Positions 36,339-50,134 of a DNA stretch of 64,000 nt are shown here, piece by piece; the stretch's first letter is position 1; each line of letters opens with the position of its first letter. A program made the translations under genes and the position numbers. This stretch comes from Octopus bimaculoides (taxonomy: Eukaryota). The notes beneath the pieces are model-generated. The model was not told where the DNA came from and searched no databases. It saw only the letters and a program-made list of their open reading frames with translations. The stretch spans positions 32,943,327-33,007,326 of the forward strand of contig NC_069003.1 of NCBI RefSeq assembly GCF_001194135.2. The letters run 5' to 3'.

Positions 36339-39300
36339 CTCTAGACTATCCAACCAGTTCACCACGCGAATAAAATGTCTCCAATTTAGACACAAGGCTA
36401 GAAATTTTGAAGGGCTGAAGATAAGTCCATACCATTGATCCCAATACTTGAATGATAGTTTATTTTATCGACCCCGAAAGGAAGAAAACAATGTTGACCT
36501 CGGCGAGATTTGAGTTCACAATGTAGAAAGCCTTCCTATTTATATTGCTGCATTTCTATTACTCTTGACACACATGTAATCAATCTTTCGTTTAATCCCC
36601 ACTTTTCAGAACTCTGCAACGTGCAGTCGCCGCCTCAGAGCACACAGTATTACTTATATAAGTGTTCAGCAATCCCTTCTTACTAAATATAGTTCATATC
36701 TTTTGTGTGAATTGCTCACCCAACAAAACAAACAGTCTGATGGAAAATGTCAGTGAAGCAATGATCACATTATCCTCTCTTCATCATCTATGCTAATATC
36801 TGAAACGAATTCATTAGTTAGAACTTCTAGGTTCTTTGATAACAAACTGATTCAGGCAGAATTCCACTTAGAATAACTGTACTTTTGAGTAACTTGTCCA
36901 GCAGTTTCGTGAACACATACTGACAGGGTGTGACGTGTGGCAATTCATAACGAACGTCTATTTCGTTCTAGGTGTGTGTCATAATAATTAATAGTCTTAA
37001 GTACGCTGGAAGATTTCTTATATTCTTTAATTTGTTTTCGCTATCACTGCTAAGGTCATGCTACAGCACTGCCTTCGAATAATTCCGATGGCAAAGTTAA
37101 ATAAATAATTAAAGCAAGATTTAATCCTAAATTCGAATGATGGAATTGAATTAACATCTGTTTGGATAAAGATTTACTTCAGCAGTTGCACGATTTGAAA
37201 TGAATCCCGGTGTTATACAACAGAATATTTGGATATGTTTTTCGTTAATAAATTATAAATTGGTGGTTATATGAAATTTACAGGAAAAAATCAAAATTTT
37301 TCAATTAACATTAGTAGCGCGAGTGGTGAGCACAACGGGGTCATCAAGGATAGCAACCGAGTCTCGCCTCAAATCATACCATACTGTCTTACAAATAAAA
37401 TTTTAAAGAAATTTTTGAAAGCTGTGGGGAAAATATAGTTATTTGTTTACTAGCGGATCTGCCATCCAACGAAGGAGCCTCTAAGTTTGTTGTCGCTAAA
37501 CCTATTAGAAATAGTAGCCAAATTTCTCCTCGGATCTTGTTAAATTTCTTCCAACTAGTTGACATATTTCAAATTTTCATCATATTATTTTCGAAAATGT
37601 AGTTTTGCATGCTGTTGAAAAAAATAAAGCATACATTTTTCTAGAAATTAACCATAAAAAAAGTCTTTAAAGTTATGTAATTTTAGCCTGTTGGGAAGCC
37701 TCCACCCAATCTGGTGAAAAAGTGGTAGGAAGAAATCTAACAAGATCCTTCCCCTCAAATTACTTCCTACTCTCTCAAGGAAAGGAAGGGCACATTAAAT
37801 GATGTGATGGAGAACAAGAGTGTAGAAAGAAACTAGTGATATCTCCGTCACCAAATAGTAAACATAAGGAGACTGATTTCATTTTACAAACATTTTTGAA
37901 TTTGAGGGGATGGCTACTATTAGGGGGTGACGTAGTGACAAACGACAACAGCCAAATAACAATTCAGGATTGAAGAAAAATTAGTGGAATAATCCTGAAG
38001 AACAATTTTAGTTTGTGATTAAACTAATTAGAGTTTTCAGCTTTCAAACTCTCATAATGTTTAAAATAGAATATTGGCTCATGGCTGTGAGGTTAAGAAG
38101 GGCAAGTGTCTTCTGCTATGGCTAAATTGGTTCTTCATCGATATTAACTACTTTAGTTTCGACACAAGGTTCTCAGATCAAGTCACATTTTAACCAAACG
38201 CGACTACATTATTGTACTCGTTTATAAGACGCACTATTTTGCACTCGATTTTAACCCTTTTGATGCCAACCTGCCTGAAACCGCCCTCCATTCTATGATA
38301 CAAAATTCCTGTTATAAAGTGGTCTAAAAACCTTCCTTCAAAAGTTCTTAGTTACTGTTTCAAACACCAGCTTAATAATGACAAAATTACTTTAAATAAA
38401 TTCCTTATTTTCAATATTAATTGAAACAAAGACAGCATATTTCAACAGAGATATGGTAACAAGTTAAAACTATGAAGGGAAATTTTTTATATCAAGGTTT
38501 AATTAGGGATGGACTTCTACACCACAATTAAAAACTATATAATAATAATAATAAATAATTTGGACAGTGTAAGTCGATTAGTGTGTTTAAATGTTGAGTA
38601 CCCAATAAAGATTTAATACTGAATCCATCTGTTAATACTATATATATATATTATACACACACACAAACTATATTTACTCGTTTATAAGTCGTACCATTTG
38701 GTTTTATTTGATGAAAAATCGGGACCCCCCCCCCCCCCCCGCCTCCATCATGGGCTTTATTTCCTAAGTTCCAGAAGAAATTAGACTTTTAATGAAATTT
38801 TCTTCAAATACCTTTCAGGTGATGTGCATTACAATTATATTTAATGTGAAAATAAAAAAAAAGAATCCTTAAAAATTGGTGGACGCGCGCGCGCGAACAC
38901 TGACACACATTACATAATTTTTCCAAAATTTCAAATATCATTTTGTGTATTGCGAGCCCACCAATTTATTATTTTTTTTTTTCACATTAAATTTCGATAT
39001 AATTGCTATCTACACCATCTTAAAGGTATTTGTAGGAAATTTTATTAAAAAATAACCATTTTTCTGGAAGTTATGAAGAAATCGAGTTAGGGGTGTAGAC
39101 ACACTTGTATAGATATGCCCCAAAATTTAACACTAAATTAGGTCTGCGGTTTATACACGAATAAAAACGGTACACATACACACTGATTACTCCTGTATAA
39201 GTCACACTATTTTATACTAGGGCGTGACTTTTACACGATAAAGTACTTCTAATAGTTGTTCATTTTGCACATGTGATAAAACAGATTTTCTACTGTTAAT

Positions 39301-39761
39301 TCTGTCGAGATAAAAGCTGCTTTGCCAGTTATGTGAGGTTCTATGAAGTCGTTCGACTTGCAAAAAATAGCAGCCAAATCACTTGAAAATACTTTACTGT
39401 TAGATAATGTACGATGTATGACAAAAAGACAGTATGGTCATAGGTGGAACATTTTTTTTTTTATTATAGGTCTGGTTGACAAAGCATTTAGACATAGCCG
39501 CCACACCTGCTAGAAATGGCAGTCAACTCTTTCCTCAACTCAATCACAACGTTTAAAAAATGATGTACATATTAGGTACCCTAGAAAGAAGAGGTAAAAC
39601 AAACGTGGATTTTTTTTTATCAAAGGCCTGCTCCATTAGAGCTAACTTAAGGTTAAACAACAAAGTGAAATGAGCTAAGACGGGTCTACCGCTGGACAAT
39701 AGCAACCAAATCTCCTTAAACTAGTCATATACATATGTACACGCGCACATTTATATTCACA

Positions 39762-39811
<50 letters not shown>

Positions 39812-39938
39812 NNNNNNNNNNNNNNNNNNNNNNNNNNNNNNNNNNNNNNNNNNNNNNNNNNNNNNNNNNNNNNNNNNNNNNNNNNNNNNNNNNNNNNNNN
39901 NNNNNNNNNNNNNNNNNNNNNNNNNNNNNNNNNNNNNN

Positions 39939-39982
<44 letters not shown>

Positions 39983-41099
39983 CCACTCACAGATGCATAT
40001 ATTTATGCATGAATATATGCATACACACACATTGCTTTGTGAAGAGCTGTATAAATCTCGCTCTCAATAAACATATATATATATATATATATAGTGTTTT
40101 ATGGATGTATGTATAGTGCGAGACAGAGAAATGCACATACGCACATTGACATGGCAATCCAACAAGGGGGATTCTCTGCGTGATTATTTAATCAATGAGT
40201 AATAGCAACCAAACATCTTTCAGATCTCTACTAACTTACGAAACAAAACTGTAGTCCTCAATACACTACCTGAAAAAAATTCAGGATGGCTATGGGCTAG
40301 GATGCCTTTAATTAGGAGCATGTTCCTCGTCGTGGGTTGATCTACTAACGTGAATGCTCAGTACTCATGTTACTGCCCGAGCGATGAGTAATCTGACGTG
40401 TAAGACCCGTGTAATAGGGAGATATATTTGGAGAAATAAATGCTGGTGTTTTTTTTTTTGTTTAATAAAACTGATTATAACCAAAGTATTTTAAATTAAA
40501 TCAAATATTTATGATATGTATTTATGTTGCGTAAGCAACTTCTGCAGGAAAATAAGGATAAAAATGATTAGAAAAACAACACATTTCTATGATTAATAAT
40601 AAAAATAATAATAAACCTTTCTACTATAGGCACAAAGCTAGAAATTTTGAAGAGGGGAGGCAGTCGTTTACATCGACCCTGAAAGGATAAAAGGTAAAAT
40701 CGACCTCGTTCGGAATGATAATAGTAACGAGTTTGACAAGTACTTTGGCACGAATCCCTAGGGGCTTCGGGCCATCCCATAGCGCTTAACTAATAAAAGA
40801 GTACATATACTCTGCTTGCGTATTAGATTCTTAACAAAATAAGAACAAGCTGAGTTGTAGAGTGTCGATGTAATCGACTAGCCCCTATACCCAACAAAAT
40901 TTCAAGCCCTTGTGCCTTTAATAGAAAGAATTGTCATTATTATTATTTCTACTATAGGCACAAGGCCTAAAATTGTGAAGGGAGAGGAATAATTGATTAC
41001 ATCGACCCTGTAGTAGTAGTAGTAGTAGTAGTAGCAGTAGGAAAGGGAGGAGGTACTTTTGCAAAAACCAAAACGTACCTTGCTTAGCAATAATAAACG

Positions 41100-42150
41100 T
41101 TTGTTATTGTGGTTTCACACTCAAGTCTTATGATCAAGACAACCAAAAGCGTTCCATCTATGATGAATCCACCTATTTTAATGGGTTTTTTCCCGTCTCA
41201 ACAACGTGTAGCTAATACTACATTATAAAATGTAATCACTAGATACCATTTTAAATGTGATTTGAGGGTAAATCGGTTGCTATTTCTAGCAGACCGAGCG
41301 ATTGATGTCAGAGGCGGTTCCCTCGTTGGTTCGATAATATATATATTTACATTAATATTGTACACAATTATAATCGATTATCAGGAATAAATCACTTTGT
41401 ACAACAAAAGTGCTTCATACAAAACGAGATGAAATTCCAATGTAATTATGCGTCATCGAAGACCAATTTTTAAAAAATAGACAAGAAACAAGATAAATAG
41501 TTATGCAGAACTAATTAATACTAAATTAATAGCGATCGTTATTGTTTAGCCCATGGCCTGCGACCTAATCGAGCAGAATTTATGACGAACGAGACATTCT
41601 AGTTATGGTCATGTGTATATTTATTTGTATTGCACGAACTACATTATCTAATGTGTCCTTCCATTTTAAAGGCGATAGAGTAAATGATATGATTTGAAGG
41701 GAGATCTGGTTGCTATTTCTAGCAGATTGAACATACCACGTAGAAGCTCCCTTGTTGTTGCTTTGCCCTAGGTGAACACTGATTGAGCAGACCTACGGCT
41801 AAAGGCGTTCAATCCATGACCATCCCACCTTTTTTTGAGACTATATTTCGAGTTATATTATCCGGTGCATAGTTTCTTTAAAAAAATTGTTAGGGTGCGA
41901 GTTGGCTGCTGTTTTTAGCAGATCGAGCAGACCACGTACAAGTTTCCTTGTTAGTTTGTCGTTGTAGTTGTTTAAATACAGATGAACCCTCATCAAGCAG
42001 ACCCATGATTAAAGACGTCCCAGCCGTGACCATTCCATCTTTTTTGCATATCTGGAACTACATTATCCTTCCATTTTTAAAGGTGGGGCAGAGTAGACTT
42101 GGGGGAAATTTGACTGTTATTTCTAAGAGATCGAGCATTGCACGGACATT
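41100..42150 (+). repeat. Several divergent, roughly tandem copies of an unclassified ~200-bp interspersed repeat (also at ~37440-37800, 39340-39720, 57560-57870)
   Basis: Recurrent TACATTATC...TTTAAA...GGTTGCTATTTCTAGCAGA...GAGC motif. Confidence 0.6.
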
Positions 42151-42685
42151 CTCACACCCTCGTTTAATCATAATAATTAGATGGACAATGTTGGTATTTG
42201 TTATTTATAGAAGAAGGGGGGGGGGGGAATAAACTGTCAGAAAATGTTAATATAAAGTTTGAGTGAACGTTTAAAAGAAATCTGACGAAAGAAAAAAAAA
42301 AGTCATATTAAGATAATAAGTACAACAAACATAAAATAATTAAACATTAATTGGGGAATATTTACCTTTCCGCGAAAAATTGACGATTCAGATATTAAAA
42401 GATTGAGCAATCAATATATAATAAAAATTAATCCAGTATTTATAGGCAATAAAACTGCGGCCAGTTGACCTAAGTTTTACCAAAATGTGTTCTGTCTTTC
42501 ATGGAACAGAAATTATGTCTCTAGAACCAAAATCCACGAAATCTAATGAACTCATAGAGAGATATAGTTTCATGTGTGTTACTTATGTCGTTAATATTTA
42601 CTTGAGAAACTCCGATTGTCTCTCTCTGTCTTCTCTCTCAGCCTGTCTTTCTTTCCTCTCTGTCTTCTCTCTCAGCCTGTCTTTC

Positions 42686-42721
<36 letters not shown>

Positions 42722-43759
42722 TCCGATCGAGTCATTTGAAAAACGAGAGAGAAAAGCGAAATATTTAATCGACATTTGTACATTGCGTTGTACAACGCCA
42801 TCTTACGGTTACAAGAAGAGAGAGACCCAGTTACTAAACGGATAACTCTCACAGTCTAACATTATATATGTATCGCGCATCTTGTAATACATACACGCAC
42901 CCAGACACACACACACACACACACACACAAGCACTTACACACATACATACACACAAGCACTTACACATTCATCCATACATATGCACGTACATGCATTCAT
43001 ATGTACATATGTGATACTGGCGTGCGCACATACGTACGTACATACAGACATATACATGTGTAACTACATAGACATAAACACATACATACGCATAGCTACA
43101 TTCGTACACAAACATGCACATACACACACTTTCATACGTACATACACACACATACATACACACATTTACACACACATACATACACTCATACATAATTACA
43201 TTTACACACACATACATACACACGGACACTTACACAGATACGTACATACATACACATACTGACATATACATTCATACATACATAAACTCATACACACACA
43301 CACACATTCATACATAGACATACATCTAATTCGTCTGACAGATGTGAAGGAGAGACATCCAGTTTATGCTTGTATCAAATTGAGAAAGGGAGTTTTGATG
43401 AAGCTTTTATTTCCAGCCTTTTATATCTTTACTTGTTTGAATCATTGGACTGCGGCCATGCTGGAGCACTGCCATGAAGGGTTTAGTACTTTCTTTAAAG
43501 CCTCGTACTTATTCTGTCAGCTCCTTTTGTTGAATCACTACGTGATGGTGGTGGAGGGGCAGGTGGCAAAGTCAAAGGTATTGATGTTGGTGGTGTCAGA
43601 AGTCTGAATGGTGTGTGTATGGCAGATGGTTTCAGGTTCAGTCCCACTGCATGGTGGTATCTTGGGCAAGTATCTTTTACTATAGCCTTGTGAATGGATT
43701 TGGTAGACATAAACTGGAGGAAGCTTGTCATGTCTATCTTACACTTTCTTTTCACATTC

Positions 43760-44011
43760 TCATGAACTTACCTGCATAAAGCTCCCACATCCAGTAAACT
43801 GATTTGGTAGACTCCCACAAGATTATCCAACATCTTTCCAACGACAACCTAGGGCACCTTTTTGAGTTCCATTTGACAAACACTCATGGACATGATTACA
43901 AAATCAAAAAATAACACAACACCCAAGACTTTCAAAAACATTTTTTTCGCCTTCAGAATTGCTGAAGCATGGAATAAACTACCTGCATCAGTTGTTAGCT
44001 GTCAGGACACT
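43760..44011 (+). mobile_element. CR1-like LINE 3' fragment interrupted by a SINE-like insertion at ~44012-44301
   Basis: HLFEFHLTNTHGH.YKI...FFAFRIAEAWNKLPASVVSCQDT is a CR1-type C-terminal motif. Confidence 0.7.
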
Positions 44012-47000
44012 GTTGTTGTTGGCACTCCATCGCTTACGACGTCGAGGGTTCCAGTTGATCCGATCAACGGAACAGCCTGCTCGTGAAATTAACGTACAAG
44101 TGGCTGAGCACTCCACAGACACGTGTACCCTTAACGTAGTTCTCGGGGGATATTCAGCGTGACACAGTGTGACAAGGCTGATCCTTTGAATTACAGGCAC
44201 AACAGAAACAGGAAGTAAGAGTGAGAGAAAGTTGTGGTGGAAGAGTACAGCAGGGTTCACCACCATCCCCTGCCGGAGCCTCGTGGAGCTTTTTAGGTGT
44301 TNNNNNNNNNNNNNNNNNNNNNNNNNNNNNNNNNNNNNNNNNNNNNNNNNNNNNNNNNNNNNNNNNNNNNNNNNNNNNNNNNNNNNNNNNNNNNNNNNNN
44401 NNNNNNNNNNNNNNNNNNNNNNNNNNNNNNNNNNNNNNNNNNNNNNNNNNNNNNNNNNNNNNNNNNNNNNNNNNNNNNNNNNNNNNNNNNNNNNNNNTTC
44501 ACTTTCTGTGCATTATTCTATGTGCTATTCATGCAACACAGTATTGTGTGCAATAAGTTCGTTGTATTACATACCTGTTCCTGCTGAATGTCTCCCACCA
44601 AAACATATCTTCTCTCCACTTGTATTCACCTCTGACTCCCCTTTCACCAACTTACCTACCCACTCAATCAATCCAATCCTCTCTACCTACCTACATCTCT
44701 CTGTACCTTGAGGATACACTCCAACACATCATCTCTCTCCAACTAGGATAGTCATGTATCTCCTCTATAGCAAGACACCTGTTTCTGTCCCTCTATCATA
44801 ATCTAACCTCGTCACCTGGCACAAAACCACCTCCTTCAATACTGCCCTCCACCCCCTGCTGGGGGCCCACATAAAAAGCACCCTGTATACTCTGTAAAGT
44901 GGTTGACATTAGGAAGGGCATCCAGCCAAAGACAGTGGAGCATGGCTCAGTCTTCTTCTAAATTGCCACCTCCTATCAAACCATCCAACCCATGCCAGCA
45001 TGCAAAGTGGATACTAAATGGTGATGATGATGATATACATGTATGAGTGCATGTGTTCTTGTGCCTCCTTGTTTTGACGTCCCATGACTGTTGAAAATCT
45101 CTCTTTTTTTTTTTTTTTATCTTTTACTTGTTTCAATCATTAGACTGCAGCCATCATTAGACTGTCTCGAAGAATTTTTAGTGAAAGTCCGCTTTCAGAT
45201 ATCTTGTCAAATAAAAAGACNNNNNNNNNNNNNNNNNNNNNNNNNNNNNNNNNNNNNNNNNNNNNNNNNNNNNNNNNNNNNNNNNNNNNNNNNNNNNNNN
45301 NNNNNNNNNNNNNNNNNNNNNNNNNNNNNNNNNNNNNNNNNNNNNNNNNNNNNNNNNNNNNNNNNNNNNNNNNNNNNNNNNNNNNNNNNNNNNNNNNNNN
45401 NNNNTTGCTTTTGTCTTTTATTTCTGATTTTATGAAAGAAATCTCTGGAAATTGATATCCCCAAAATCTCCAAATTATTTTGTGAAATATTTTGTATTTT
45501 GTTTTTCAATTATTCATTCTTTTAATTATTTCCTTTTTTTTTTTTTTTTACTGAAGTGAACAGTTTAGGGAAAACATTGTGAATGTCATAAGAATGAATG
45601 AACATTTCAATTTATAAGTATCAAGAGTTAGACATTAATAAACCAAGAGTCAAAGAGATCAAATCTCAGAGAAGCAATCTGATATGTCAATTTGAAGACG
45701 AGAAAAGTAAGTCAGATGATGATTCAACAACATTGTAAGAAAAATGATTGTTTTGTTGTTGTTTTTTTGTCTTTTTGTCTCCATCAGCATATTATTTAAA
45801 AGAATATTTTGAATAAATTTGACAAAAGATATACACAATGAGTTATACAAATCAATTTTTAAAAACTAAATCCTTTGGGATTAAGCTGGTAAGCTGGTAG
45901 AATTGCTAATGTATTGGACAAATTCTTGGGTGAGTGGTGTTCTGAGTTCAGATTCCACCGGGGTCAATTTTGCCTTTCAAACTTTCAGGGTCAATAAATT
46001 AAGTACCAGAGAAACACTGGGGTCAATGTAATCAACTAGTCCCCTCGCCCAAAATTTCAGGCCTTGTGCCTATAGTAGAAAGGATTATTATTATCATTAT
46101 TTCTTTCTAATACAGGCACAAGGCCTGAAATTTGAGGGGAAGGGTTTAGTTGATTACAAAGATCCCAATATTTGACTGGTACTTATTTTATCAACCCCCA
46201 AAAAGGATGAAAGGCAAAGTTGACCATGGCAAAATTTGAACTCAGAATTTAAAGCTGGAAGAAATGCTGATAAGCATTTTGTCTGGCAAGCTAATGATTC
46301 TGCCAGTCTGCCGCCATAATAATAATAATAATAATAATAATAATTAATTAAATAAATACATAAATAAGAGGCAAAGTTAATAGCAACAAAACAACATCTA
46401 AAGACTGAAAAATACTGATCCAGGTTTATCTGGGTGGTTTATTTACATATATGTAAATATATATATACACATAATAAAAAAAAGTGTTTTGAAGTTAAAG
46501 CCTTATTGAAACTGTTTGGTTTTCTTTGTTACTCTTTTACTTGTTTCAGTCATTTGACTGCGGCCATGCTGGAGCACCACCTTTTGTTTTTTTTTTTACA
46601 AATTATATCTTTAATCAATCAAGAGAGGAATCAAAAGAAATTTATTTCTGCTGGAGACCTCAAAGAAAAAAAACAAAAAAAAACAAACTGAGATTGAGTT
46701 ATTAAATATCAAGATCAATATTATTTATAAAACTGGGCAAATGTTAATATATTTGGAGAACATACCCCCTAAAGAACCCGCTTGCTATTTTAAAATGACA
46801 GAAGAAAAGAAAAGGTAGGCCTTTTAGGTTAAAGCAGGCACAGGCAACTCTTTTTCGAGAAGCAAGCCACATGAGACTATTGTTCATTATTTCAAGAATT
46901 GTGTAAAGAGATGGGGAAAATATTCAAGTGCATTAGAATATACCTGGTTATCTATACAGAATCAAAGATCTTTAATATTTTTAAAAACAATTAAAAACTG

Positions 47001-47723
47001 TCATAAATAAACAAAATAAAAGGCAAATTAATTACTTTTTTAATTAAGGAAACTGGAATAAAATTAATTCGAGATAAAATAAAATGAAATATCGATCATC
47101 TTCGTTTGTTAGGACAGATTAGAAAGAAATTAGCAAAAGTCAATCATGGAGATTTTAATTCAATTTAAGCAACAGATTTCAGAAGAATATATAAAGCAGA
47201 AAAACTGTTGTTGGCCTCTGAAAATTAAATGAAGAGAAAAAGATGATTTTTGGTAAATTGCTTGTCGGATATTTAGCATTTTAACCCTTTAGCACTCTGA
47301 TCACTGTCCAAGTGTAATACTTGTTTATTAACAATATTTATAATTAATCATGCATTATCTCACAGCATTGAGATATCGATGATGTGTTTATTTTTAGAAT
47401 GATATTGTAGGGTAGGTGTGAGAGGTCAGATCTGGTCAGTTTGAACTTAAAACAGGTAGAATATTTGGGCCAAATATGGCCAGTATAAATGCTTAAAGGA
47501 TACATGACTAGAAAGTATTAGTACAAGAATAAAACCAACATAATTTAAAGAAGGTTTAATGGTTTCTCTCCTGTATGAACTGTTTTGTTATGCATCAAAT
47601 AAATATATAAACAAAACTGTCTCATCTTGTTTGTTTGTTATAAAACAAACATTATTAGATAAGGAAGAAACATACTCCAAAGAGGCTGGTGTTGGTCTGA
47701 TAGTAACTGATAAAAAAAAAATT

Positions 47724-47955
47724 AGTGAACTTGCCATGGTGGAATATCCAATGTTTCTGAACGGCGTCCTTCTGGGAAAAGTTGAAAGGAGAGAAATTAA
47801 TGAGGAACAGCAGCAGAGTTTTACATCTGATGAGTTTAAGAAAAAAAAAGAACTCGCTGAGGATGTAAAACTCTGTTGTTAATTTCTCTACTTTTCCCTG
47901 AAGAAAGATTCTGTTTGAAACATTGGGTTTTCCAATCCCCCATGGCAAGTTCACT
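47724..47955. other. Imperfect ~110-bp-arm inverted repeat with 14-nt A-rich loop
   Basis: AGTGAACTTGCCATGG...AGAGTTTTACATC..GAGTT / AACTC..GATGTAAAACTCT...CCATGGCAAGTTCACT. Confidence 0.9.
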
Positions 47956-48714
47956 GTACTCTTTTTATTACTTTTATGATAAAACATTAACAAAATCTTA
48001 CCAGATGTCAACGATATGAACTTGAAGAAAAACCATAAAAAGTAAAAGATATGTCAGCCGAACATTCTTAATTTAATATATTTTCTACTTTTCTCTAAAA
48101 TATTTTTTTGTTGTTATAATTATTGTAAATAAACAAGCAATGTTTGATAAAACTAATTGTATAAATTCTTGTTGATATACTGAAAATAATTAACAGAAAA
48201 ATACTATTTCTTACAAAAATCCATTTGTGTGTGTTAAAGTTTTCTGATTTATACATTTAGAGATTGCCTTGAATTGAAATAAAAATGGAAAAAGCAAAAT
48301 GGATGTACTGTCAGTCCTGGGTTATAAGTTTCAATCTATTGTTAAGGCTGTCAAATGCTTTATTACCTCAGTTTATATATCTTAGAGATAAAAAGAGGCA
48401 ATTTAGCATCCCATGCAGTAGATTGAGTCAGGGTACAAAGCCTAGCAGTTAGGATATGAGACTTAGGATTGTAAAGCCTCAGTTTCATTCCTAAACTAGA
48501 ATCAAACCCATAACTTTGGTGTGTTGTATCCTTGAGCAATGCCCTTCATTTCAAGTTGTTCCAGTCCACTCAACTGAAATGAGTACCAGCATAGCTTGTG
48601 GTTTAAATTTGTGGTCCAGTAGGCAATTCTCTCCTCTCAGTTACTTATAAAACCATGGAAGCTAGAGTGAACTATGGTCCGATAAGCTTGAAAGCTCAAG
48701 ACAGCCAGTAAACT

Positions 48715-49015
48715 GGAACTTATACACCAGGCACTGACAATCCAGTAGCGTCTTCATTCACCCTAAATGCTATATATTCCATCAGTTTACCTAACTTTAT
48801 GATAAAGACTGATTTCTAAGCACCCCATGACTAGGTTAGCAAGGGAGGGGGCAATTCACGTGCCCATCGCAGTCCCCGATCTGTCGATAGAAGTTGTCAT
48901 TAAATATGAAGAAGTTCAGTTCTACATCCACCCTACTTTCGATCAGTGTGAACTCTATTCAGTAATAAGTGTCATCTTATACTTGGATGTGCACAGAGAA
49001 CCAGACTGGATTTGA
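48715..49015 (-). mobile_element. Decayed Penelope-like element reverse transcriptase fragment
   Basis: Frameshifted translation gives FIFNDNFYRQI-GTAMGT*IAPSLANLVMGCLE followed by a degenerate E*RRY-DC (cf. PLE motifs QxxGxAMGS..AP..AN.FM and W.RYxDD). Stops and indels present; boundaries approximate. Confidence 0.75.
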
Positions 49016-49525
49016 ACTAGGAACTTTTTAATTTAAACATTTATAATATTGCATCAGTAGCCTAGTTGGTTAAGAATGTTAAAGCCTTCAAGCCATACAT
49101 TGAGATATTTAACCGTAAGTTTTATAATGGTCATAGAAAATACAAAAGAAGAAAAGAAAAAACCTCCCATAGCTGGAGACCAATGGATGTATCCAACATG
49201 AGCAGATTCCTATTTTTCAGACATTTGACTCTTGAAATTCTGTACAAGAATCAGAAAATTTTTTCCGTATTTAAAGTGAACATACTTGCAATTAATATAT
49301 TATCCTATAAATTATTACACGAACAGTCTCTAAAAAAATAGAAAAAGACTTTTACTCGATTCTTATATGTATAAACATTGCATTTTGAAATTTCTGATAT
49401 CTACAAACGCTGTAGTTTTAAATGTCCCACCTTTACAAACTTTCCAGTTTCCAACTTCCCACATCATGACAACAATTAGTCCCAACAACTTTTCACATAG
49501 GAAAAGTTATTTCATTTATTGATTA

Positions 49526-49803
49526 CAGTAATCCCTCGACTATCGCTGGTGTTACGTTCCAAAACCACCTGCGACAGGTGAAAATCCACAAAGTAGAAAC
49601 AAAACTGTACTGTATATTTCTTTTTATATTTTGTACATATATGTGGTGCACCAGCATGACCGCAGCCACTTGGCTGAAACACATAAATAAATAAATAAAT
49701 AAATATATTTTATGATAAATGTAAAACAACACCACGGAGGAATCGACGTAAGCTTAAATAATAAACCAGGATAGGTGAACTGCAATATGGCAAGGGATTA
49801 CTG
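49526..49803. mobile_element. Tigger/pogo-type MITE
   Basis: TA|CAGTAATCCCTCG ... CAAGGGATTACTG termini. Confidence 0.7.
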
Positions 49804-50092
49804 TGTATCCATATTTTTTTCTTTTTTACCTTCATCAGGTTTAAAATTTGAAATCTTTTGATAGTAGAAATGCCTAACTACAGGATTAATTGCAATATTA
49901 TTAAAGAAACCTTAATTTACCAAAATAAGTAATAATATTTCTTTTTAGACAACAGAGTCCCCATTCTTTATCTACATTCAAGGCTTTTTTACAAGAAAAC
50001 CATCCCTGTAATCCCTGTTTCAGCTGAGTAGCAACAAAGTAAAAGACCATAGCATGGCATTCTTCAGGAAGAAACAAATATTAAGATAAAGC

Positions 50093-50134
<42 letters not shown>

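Noticed and set aside
47826-47860. CTGATGA followed by a short stem
   Set aside because: There is no GAAA core half; it is simply the centre of the 47.7-kb foldback.
47559-48011. Overlapping 107-aa (+) and 118-aa (-) ORFs
   Set aside because: Both span the inverted repeat, lack convincing splice context and have no recognisable domain.
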